Origin: Bdellovibrionaceae bacterium UBA3535
Lineage (GTDB): Bacteria > Bdellovibrionota > Bdellovibrionia > Bdellovibrionales > UBA840
Direction: 5' to 3'
Length of the DNA: 64,000 bases
NCBI GenBank assembly: GCA_002376845.1
Contig: DFOS01000026.1
Span: forward strand, 130,327-194,326
Shown here one piece after another: positions 57,320 through 64,000 of this stretch. Every line of letters begins with the position of its first letter. Positions within the stretch are counted from its first letter, which is position 1. A model generated the notes under the pieces. It was not told where the DNA came from and did no database searches. It worked only from the letters and a program-made list of their open reading frames with translations. The position numbers and the translations under genes are program-made.

Positions 57320-58279
57320 TTAAAACAAGACCTCGCCACTCCCCTGTTTCAAGCGCCCTATTTCCCAATGCTTAAAGCCTGAAGAGCTAAGACTCTTATT
57401 TACCTGCTTGCGCTTTTCTTCCGCTACGATCAAGCATAGGCCCATGCCCATATTAAATGTCTTATAGGCCTCCTCATGCGGCAAATCCAAGCGCGGCAGT
57501 ATCTTCGCAAAGATAGGAGCAATTTCGTTCAGTGGTGGCAGATTCGTGAGCTCATAATCAAATTCTTTTGAGAGCCGAGCCAGGTTGTAGAGCCCGCCGC
57601 CAGTGATATGGGCGCAAGCTTTTACTTCCGGCTGCAGCTTTGCCATCAAATCCACATATAAATGTGTCGGCGTCAGCAATTCCTGTTTTTCTATGCGATT
57701 TAGCTCTGGCGTTTTGCGCAGCAAAGAATAGCCGTTCGAATGAAAGCCTGAGGATTCCACTGCCATTATCACATCGCCCTCTTTAAAGCTCTTCGCATCA
57801 AATAAATCTTTTTCTTCTGCAACCCCTACAGCAAAACCGGCTAGATCAAAATCTCCGTCGCGGTAGACATCGGGCATCTCCGCCGTTTCGCCGCCCACCA
57901 AGGCCATTTTCGATTTTTTGCAAGCTCCGGCAATGGAGGCCAAAACCATTTGCGAGGCCTCTAGATCAAGCTTGCCGCATGCATAATAATCCAAAAAGAA
58001 AAGTGGCCTTGCACCTACACAAATTAAATCATTGGCGCACATAGCAACCAAATCTTGCCCAATGCCAGAGAAGTCTTCCAATTCTTTCGCAAGTAATAAT
58101 TTGGTGCCCACGCCATCGGTGGAGCTGGCAATATTATAGCCACCTAATTGATACAAACTGGCATAACCTCCCAGCCCCGATTTTACATTTTCATCGTGGG
58201 TTTCTCGCACCATTCCCGCAATATTTTTCACAAAGGTGTCGCCCTTTTCAATATCTACGCCGGCTTCTTTGTAATCCAT
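57320..58279 (-). CDS. purM: Phosphoribosylformylglycinamidine cyclo-ligase (AIR synthetase)
   Basis: YKEAGVDI N-terminus, STDGVGTK and GGETAEMP motifs. Confidence 0.93.
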   Translation of the reverse strand: MDYKEAGVDIEKGDTFVKNIAGMVRETHDENVKSGLGGYASLYQLGGYNIASSTDGVGTKLLLAKELEDFSGIGQDLVAMCANDLICVGARPLFFLDYYACGKLDLEASQMVLASIAGACKKSKMALVGGETAEMPDVYRDGDFDLAGFAVGVAEEKDLFDAKSFKEGDVIMAVESSGFHSNGYSLLRKTPELNRIEKQELLTPTHLYVDLMAKLQPEVKACAHITGGGLYNLARLSKEFDYELTNLPPLNEIAPIFAKILPRLDLPHEEAYKTFNMGMGLCLIVAEEKRKQVNKSLSSSGFKHWEIGRLKQGSGEVLF

Positions 58280-58288
58280 TTTCTTCTC

Positions 58289-59773
58289 CTAGTGCTTAAA
58301 GTGTCTGGATTTATAAAATAACATCGCTACATTGCTAGCATCTGCTTTCGCAATCACTTCCTCATCGCGAATCGAGCCGCCAGGCTGAGCGATCCATTCA
58401 ATGCCCACCTTTGCCGCCTCTTCTACGGCATCAGCAAAAGGAAAGAAGGCATCACTGGCTAGAAAAATCTCTTTTGTATCAATACCAGGAAAGTAATCTT
58501 GCATTCTCGGAACGGCAAGTCGCTTTAGGCAATCAATTCGATTGGGCTGTCCCATACCGGCACCCACCATTTGAAAGCCTTCTTTTGTCTCCCGGCAAAG
58601 AGCGATGGCATTGGATTTTAAATGCTTGCTGCAAAGAATAGAAAATTTCGCAAGCTTTTCTTTTTTGGCATCTTTGCGCTTACTTTGCCACTGAAAATCA
58701 TAATCGACGGTTGTATCGTAATCCTGACTCAAACTTAAAGAGTTCCAGCGAGTGGAGTGCTGGCTTTCCTGCAAAGGCGCATATGTTAAAAGTCTTAAAT
58801 TTTTCTTTGTTTTCAATAAGGCAAAGGCCTCTTCGCTAAAACTTTTCGCCAGAACCACTTCGATGAATTTGTCTTTTAAAAAAGTAGCGGCCGCTAGATC
58901 ACATTCGCCGCTAAAGCCTACGATACTACCGAACGCACTGACTGGATCTCCGGCCCAAGCTTGCTGAAGACTGACTTCGGCTTTATCACTAGCTGCCAAA
59001 CCGCAAGGATTGTTGTGCTTGATCACACATACCGTGTTTTTTTCTGAAAAGGCTTTTTGAAAATCGATCAATATATTTTTGGCCGCTTCCACATCTAGCC
59101 AATTGTTATAAGAGAGGGCTTTGTCTTCATGCAGGATCTGCCATACCTTAGCATCATAAAAAACTTTGGCGGCTTGCTGCGGATTTTCCCCATAGCGCAA
59201 TTCTTGAAAACTAAAATGCTCAAAGATGGCCGCATCATAGCGTTGCGAGAGGCGAAAGGCTTCTTTTGCCAGCTCTTTACGGTGCGAAACATTAAAGGTA
59301 GAATCCGCTTCCTTTTTCACAAAGCTCTCGTATTGTTCGGGATTGGACAATATCGTAACGTCTTTGAAGTTTTTCGCGGCTGCCCGTAGCATGGTAGGGC
59401 CACCAATGTCGATATAATCCACCATTTGCTCTTCACTTAATTTTTCTTCACGCTTTTCTTCAAAGGGGTAAAAATTCACTACAACATAATCAATGCTCGG
59501 GATTTCTAATTTTTTACGATCTTCCTCATCTCCTTTATCTCCCCTGCGATACAAAATTCCGCTGGCAAGTTCAAAACTGATGGATTTCATCCGCCCTTGA
59601 AAGGCCTCCGGCTTGCGCGTAATGGTTTCAATGCTCTGCACGGGCAAACCTAAATCTTCGATGTATTTTTTGGTACCGCCGGTGGCGATCATATTCACGC
59701 CGTGATCAAAGAAGTGCTTGGCGAGCAAATCGAGTCGATCTTTGTTCGATACAGATAAAAAGGCGTTTTTCAT
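58289..59773 (-). CDS. purH: Bifunctional AICAR transformylase / IMP cyclohydrolase
   Basis: N-terminal MGS-like domain (LSVSNKD...ATGGT) and C-terminal AICARFT (QPGGSIRD, RHFKH). Confidence 0.93.
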   Translation of the reverse strand: MKNAFLSVSNKDRLDLLAKHFFDHGVNMIATGGTKKYIEDLGLPVQSIETITRKPEAFQGRMKSISFELASGILYRRGDKGDEEDRKKLEIPSIDYVVVNFYPFEEKREEKLSEEQMVDYIDIGGPTMLRAAAKNFKDVTILSNPEQYESFVKKEADSTFNVSHRKELAKEAFRLSQRYDAAIFEHFSFQELRYGENPQQAAKVFYDAKVWQILHEDKALSYNNWLDVEAAKNILIDFQKAFSEKNTVCVIKHNNPCGLAASDKAEVSLQQAWAGDPVSAFGSIVGFSGECDLAAATFLKDKFIEVVLAKSFSEEAFALLKTKKNLRLLTYAPLQESQHSTRWNSLSLSQDYDTTVDYDFQWQSKRKDAKKEKLAKFSILCSKHLKSNAIALCRETKEGFQMVGAGMGQPNRIDCLKRLAVPRMQDYFPGIDTKEIFLASDAFFPFADAVEEAAKVGIEWIAQPGGSIRDEEVIAKADASNVAMLFYKSRHFKH

Positions 59774-60469
59774 TTAAAGACTCCTTGTATATTCATAAGC
59801 ATTTTGAAAAAAAGTTTTGGCATATGTCGTTTTGTTTTTAAAAGGGATTTGAAAATCTTCATAGGCCGCTTCCGGATGGGGCATAAGACCAAACACTAAG
59901 CCTGTCTCATCAACGAGTCCCGCAATGTCTTGTTGGGAGCCATTGGGATTTTCGACATAGCTTAAAGCAATCTGCTCTTTATCTATGGGTTTGTCCGCTA
60001 GCAATCGCCCTTCGGCATGACGAATGGGCAAATAAAAATCCTCCGTTAAATTTTGCAACCATGGGCTATTGGATTTAGGCACACGAACCGGCACCCAGCG
60101 GTTTATAAAAGTTTTTGAAGTATTAAAAGTCAATGCGGCTTTTTGTTTCTTTCCTGGCAATAGACCCAGCTGCACCAAAACCTGAAAGCCATTGCAAATG
60201 CCCAAAATCATCTTTTTGGCTTGTAAAAAATCTTGCAGATCGCCTTGCCAAGCTCTTTGAATTTTGAGGGCTGCCACTTTGCCGCTACCAAGATCATCGG
60301 CAAAAGAAAAACCACCAGCAATGGCAAGTAAATCATAATCCATTAAACGAGTCGTTTGCAGATCATTGAGGAGTGCAAATTCTGTTTGAAAACCTACCGA
60401 TTGGAGAGCTAAGGCTAATTCCTTGTCTGAATTGATACCATCACCTGTTAAAACCAAAGCCTTTGTCAT
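59774..60469 (-). CDS. purQ: FGAM synthase glutaminase subunit PurQ
   Basis: Start at MTKALVLTGDGINSD (ATGA overlap with the purL stop). GICNGFQ catalytic Cys and MPHPE. Confidence 0.9.
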   Translation of the reverse strand: MTKALVLTGDGINSDKELALALQSVGFQTEFALLNDLQTTRLMDYDLLAIAGGFSFADDLGSGKVAALKIQRAWQGDLQDFLQAKKMILGICNGFQVLVQLGLLPGKKQKAALTFNTSKTFINRWVPVRVPKSNSPWLQNLTEDFYLPIRHAEGRLLADKPIDKEQIALSYVENPNGSQQDIAGLVDETGLVFGLMPHPEAAYEDFQIPFKNKTTYAKTFFQNAYEYTRSL

Positions 60470-63291
60470 TGCAGCCTCCAAAGATTCTCTAGTTCCTGCA
60501 TACTCCAATTCTCCTCTGGCAGAAAAACTTTATACTCTTCGACGCAATTACCAAGAAGCTGCGCTTCTCCGGCAAAGACGGACTCAAAGGTCAATTGGTC
60601 TTTTGGTGCAATGCTAACCACAAAAGAGCCAAAGCCCTCGGCAAAGTCATGCATGTCAAAATTGCGCTTCGACTGCAAGCCCAATTTGGCGCCAATCAAA
60701 GATTCTATTAATGCGATAAGCATGCCGCCATCCGAAACATCATGGCAAGAAGCAATCATGCCCGATTGAATGGCCTTATGAAGCTTGATGTATTTTTCTT
60801 TTAGCTGTGCAAAATCGGCATAGGTGATTTCCCCTTCTTCGGCTTGGTAATAGTAAGAAAATTCTGAGGCCCGAAGGCTTAGGGGCTGAAATTGCAAATG
60901 GTAGACGAGATCGCCTGCCGCTTGAAAGTCGGAAGAGATATGCTTTTCCTCATCGGCAAGATAGCCCATGCCGCTAATCAATAAGGAGGGCTCTACATCG
61001 ATTCGAAGATCTTTGCCGCTACGGCTTTTTCCGCGCCAAGTATTTTTCATAGAATCTTTACCGCTGATAAACGGCAGACCAAAGCTGGTAGCATATTCAT
61101 GCATGCCGTAGCAGGCCCGCACCAAATCCGCCGTGAAACGAGAGTTTGTATTGGCATCCTCACTCATGGGGTTGGGCCAACAAAAATTATCCACCAAGAC
61201 AATCTTTTCTGGATGCGTGCCGCAGGCAATGAGATTGCGCAGACACTCATCCACTGCTAGGCTCGCCATATAATACGAATCTAAATGCGCTGTTTTCGCA
61301 GCAAAGCCGTGCCCTAGAACCACGCGATCTTTTTTCTTCGAGCCGTACATTTTTAACTGCAGAATGGCTTGATCATTGACGCCATCTTGCTTTTCGCCGG
61401 TGAAGGGCTTGCCGGTTGTGGCGCCGCCAACTTCCATATCGTATTGGCGCACCCACTTTTCTTTGGATTGAATATTCGGACTCGCTAAGAGGCGTTGAAG
61501 CACCGGCAAAACTTCACTCGCCTTCTCCGTTGATGTGCGGCGATACCAATAGTCTTGTTTGGCAGGCCCTTGCCATTCGCCCTGCAAATGCAATTTCGGA
61601 TAAGCTTCATGCAAGAATTCTAAATCGAGATCCACCAATTTTTTGTCTTGATAAAAAACCTCAAAGCGACCATTGGCTGTAAATTCACCGAGATGATCCA
61701 CTTCCACGCCAAAACGCAGGGCCAGATCCTCAAAGGCTTTTTGATTTTCGGGCTTAATAATATAAGTCATTCGCTCTTGGCTCTCACTGATGATCATTTC
61801 ATAATAGTCCATGGCTTCCGTCTTTAAGCGGTGCTTGGAAATATCAATGCGGGCGCCGCCGCCGCGCTCGGCCATCTCCCCCACCGAAGAAGAAATACCA
61901 CCGGCGCCATTGTCGGTGATTGCCGAGATAAGTCCCTGATCGCGGGCCTCTAGAGTAAAATCGAGCAAACGTTTTTGCGTAATGGGATCGCCGATTTGCA
62001 CCACGGTGGAAGCGATTTTGCCTTCCATATTTTGCGAGCTAAAGGTAGCGCCGTGAATGCCGTCTTTCCCTAAGCGGCCGCCGCCCACATAGATCAGATC
62101 GCCTTTGGCAATTTCTTTTTTTTCAAAATCTTTTCCGGCAGGCATAGCTCCGATGGAGCCTACATAGATCAAGGGCTTTCCGGCAAAACTAGGATGCACT
62201 TGAAAGCTGCCGTTCACGGTGGGCACTCCCATATGGTTACCCCCCTCCCTTACGCCGTGATGTACGCCTTCTAAAATTTCTTTTGCCCGAAAGAGCCCCT
62301 TTGGGCGCATATCGTCGCCCTCGGCAGGAAAATCCTCCTCATTGCCAATGCAAAAGACGTCCATATTCGCAACAGGCTTGGCGCCCTTACCGGTTCCCAT
62401 AATGTCCCTTTGTACGCCAAGTATACCAGTGATGGCGCCGCTAAACGGATCTAGTGCGGAGGGCGAGTTATGAGTTTCCACCTTTATACAAAGATCCACA
62501 TCCTCATTCCAGTGGACCACTCCTGCGTTGTCGTGAAAAACAGAGATGCAGTGCTGATGCTCGGGTTTTACGGTGGATTTGATAAAGGTCTTAAATAAGG
62601 AAGATACTTTTTGATCGCCTATTTTTTTTGGTGCGTCCGCACTTTCTTTATAATCGATATCGGCGGCAAAGATTTTATGTTTGCAATGCTCCGACCAGGT
62701 TTGCGCTAAAACCTCTAGCTCACAGTCGGTCGGGTTGCGCCCTAGTTTCTGAAAGTGCTCACGAATCACGTCCACTTCCGCTTGGGATAAACCCATCTGC
62801 CGCTCTTTGGACCAAGTAAAGATATCGCTATCTAGGGGAATCTCTTTTAATACTGGCGGCTGCATCTTTGTGGACTTCCACAAATCGGGCCACGCCAATT
62901 TTTCACCGCTTTGAAAATGCAAGCCATGTAGTAAGGGGTTGTAATCATTTTTTCCAAGACTTTTGAGGATTTGCTCTTGCGAAAGATCATTGTTTTTTTC
63001 AAGGCGAAGAATTTTGCCGGAATGCACCTTAGCATCGCGGCATTCAAAAACAATTTCTAGAGCAGACTTTAACGAAGCGGCAAGATTGTCGGTCATGCCT
63101 TTTAAAAACAAGATTTCCACGTCAAAATGAGGATTCTCCGCCTCTGGTTTATTGCATTCCACTTCCTCAACGAGAGGGTTTGCCACAAGGCCTTCTAGTT
63201 TTTCTTGCGGTAATTCAAAGGGCGAGGAAATATAATATACTTTTAGAAAAGCAAAGTTTGGATTCTTCACCACCAATCGATAATTATGCAT
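60466..63291 (-). CDS. purL: FGAM synthase subunit PurL with N-terminal fused PurS-like module(s) (PurS-PurL fusion)
   Basis: 941 aa. From about residue 165 it matches small PurL (TWSEHCKHKIF, ETHNSPS etc.). The first ~150 aa contain PurS-like segments (VEILFLKGMTDNLAASLKSALE...HSGKILRLE...NPLLHGLHF and an upstream ...LVANPLVEEVE). There is no separate purS between purN and purL. Confidence 0.85.
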   Translation of the reverse strand: MHNYRLVVKNPNFAFLKVYYISSPFELPQEKLEGLVANPLVEEVECNKPEAENPHFDVEILFLKGMTDNLAASLKSALEIVFECRDAKVHSGKILRLEKNNDLSQEQILKSLGKNDYNPLLHGLHFQSGEKLAWPDLWKSTKMQPPVLKEIPLDSDIFTWSKERQMGLSQAEVDVIREHFQKLGRNPTDCELEVLAQTWSEHCKHKIFAADIDYKESADAPKKIGDQKVSSLFKTFIKSTVKPEHQHCISVFHDNAGVVHWNEDVDLCIKVETHNSPSALDPFSGAITGILGVQRDIMGTGKGAKPVANMDVFCIGNEEDFPAEGDDMRPKGLFRAKEILEGVHHGVREGGNHMGVPTVNGSFQVHPSFAGKPLIYVGSIGAMPAGKDFEKKEIAKGDLIYVGGGRLGKDGIHGATFSSQNMEGKIASTVVQIGDPITQKRLLDFTLEARDQGLISAITDNGAGGISSSVGEMAERGGGARIDISKHRLKTEAMDYYEMIISESQERMTYIIKPENQKAFEDLALRFGVEVDHLGEFTANGRFEVFYQDKKLVDLDLEFLHEAYPKLHLQGEWQGPAKQDYWYRRTSTEKASEVLPVLQRLLASPNIQSKEKWVRQYDMEVGGATTGKPFTGEKQDGVNDQAILQLKMYGSKKKDRVVLGHGFAAKTAHLDSYYMASLAVDECLRNLIACGTHPEKIVLVDNFCWPNPMSEDANTNSRFTADLVRACYGMHEYATSFGLPFISGKDSMKNTWRGKSRSGKDLRIDVEPSLLISGMGYLADEEKHISSDFQAAGDLVYHLQFQPLSLRASEFSYYYQAEEGEITYADFAQLKEKYIKLHKAIQSGMIASCHDVSDGGMLIALIESLIGAKLGLQSKRNFDMHDFAEGFGSFVVSIAPKDQLTFESVFAGEAQLLGNCVEEYKVFLPEENWSMQELENLWRLQ

Positions 63292-63835
63292 CTTTGGCTC
63301 CTTCTAAAAGCTCCCGTAAATATGCGCAATAGATTTTATGCTCGATTTTTTTCGACTTCTCTATCCATTCATTCATGGATAGCGAGCGATCAATCGGAAT
63401 CTTTTTCTGCGTAATGATTTCCCCTGAATCCACCTCGGCGCTTACATAATGCAACGTGATTCCTGTCTCTTGCCTATCCGAGTCCCAAGCCCTTTCGTAG
63501 GCTTTGGCTCCCTTAAGCTCTGGCAAATAGGAGGGATGAATGTTTACCACGTTTTTGGTTCCTTTAGAAAAATCGGCAAAAGCATCGAGAAAACTTTTCG
63601 ATAAAATTCGCATATATCCTGCAAGTAGCACCTTTTCAATTTGGTGTTCACGCAATAAATGCATAATATCCTGCTCGTTGTTCTTTTTTGGAATGAGCAA
63701 GGCATCTTCTGCTAGAGGCGAGTGGACGTTATTCGTAATTAGTAAAGGCTTCTTGCCAGTGATCTCTTCATAAGTTTGGCTCAATGCCTTGGCATTGCTA
63801 CCACCTCCGGAAAATAATATGGCGATCTTTAACAT
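63284..63835 (-). CDS. purN: Phosphoribosylglycinamide formyltransferase
   Basis: ILFSGGGSN, NIHPSYLP and a conserved Asp region, 183 aa. Confidence 0.9.
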   Translation of the reverse strand: MLKIAILFSGGGSNAKALSQTYEEITGKKPLLITNNVHSPLAEDALLIPKKNNEQDIMHLLREHQIEKVLLAGYMRILSKSFLDAFADFSKGTKNVVNIHPSYLPELKGAKAYERAWDSDRQETGITLHYVSAEVDSGEIITQKKIPIDRSLSMNEWIEKSKKIEHKIYCAYLRELLEGAKDA

Positions 63836-64000
63836 CCGATATCCTCACGAAAGTCCTCTTGCGCAAAACGAGCTTGCTGGTGATTTTCATAAACTTTTTT
63901 ACGGGCCTCTTGCAGATTCTTAGCTTTGCCACTTAAACCCAATATGCGGCCACCTTTGGTAAAAAGCCTGCCGTCTTCTTCTATCACCCCGGCAAAAAAG
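63829..64000 (-). CDS. purD: Phosphoribosylamine-glycine ligase, C-terminal fragment (gene starts right of window)
   Basis: My own translation of the minus strand gives ...FFAGVIEEDGRLFTKGGRILGLSGKAKNLQEARKKVYENHQQARFAQEDFREDIGC*, typical of the PurD C-terminus. The TAA at 63829-63831 overlaps the purN start. Confidence 0.8.
   Translation of the reverse strand, partial: FFAGVIEEDGRLFTKGGRILGLSGKAKNLQEARKKVYENHQQARFAQEDFREDIGC

Noticed and set aside
1-64000. Search by eye for tRNA/rRNA genes, CRISPR arrays, transposases, integrases, and phage or defence-system hallmark genes
   Set aside because: I recognised none: no T-loop GGTTCGAATCC-like elements in intergenic DNA, no regularly spaced direct repeats, and no DDE/tyrosine-recombinase-like ORFs. 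A tRNAscan/Infernal/CRISPR-finder run would be needed to be certain.

Overview
This is a gene-dense chromosomal window (about 90% coding) from a Gram-negative bacterium with moderately low GC. I saw no rRNA, tRNA, CRISPR array, transposase or integrase. Most genes are housekeeping and sit in tightly coupled operons: proB-proA, nrdR-nusB, cmk-rpsA with hisC and an ilvA-like gene upstream, tmk-holB-tatD, gap-pgk-tpiA-secG, pyrB-carA-carB-pyrF-pyrE, and purD(partial)-purN-purL-purQ-purH-purM. Between them are many exported or envelope proteins: an S9 prolyl oligopeptidase, M28 aminopeptidase, SppA, rhomboid, a YkuD L,D-transpeptidase, FliL, beta-barrel OMPs and lipoproteins. Together with an AgmX/PglI-type C-terminal domain protein, these suggest a Bdellovibrionota/Myxococcota-like lineage, which is inference only. 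The most unusual region is 42.7-49.5 kb. There, two strongly AT-rich genes flank a DsbD/ScsB-like reductase coupled to an exported thioredoxin-fold protein, with unusually long non-coding gaps: an orphan, divergent circularly permuted ATP-grasp ligase homolog and a bleomycin-hydrolase-like (C1B) cysteine peptidase with a signal peptide. Other points worth follow-up: (1) an unassigned 510-aa HExxH protein translationally coupled to a Ste24-like M48 peptidase; (2) a REC-GAF regulator with Asn at the phospho-acceptor position; (3) a PurS-PurL fusion with separate PurQ; (4) a PpsR-type regulator coupled to an unknown protein rather than to ppsA/ppdK; (5) a zinc-ribbon microprotein coupled to threonine dehydratase; (6) a candidate sigma-54 promoter with upstream CAGCTG repeats; (7) an orphan RHH antitoxin-like gene just upstream of the pyr operon. 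All functional calls come from motif recognition by eye on the supplied translations. No database search was run.
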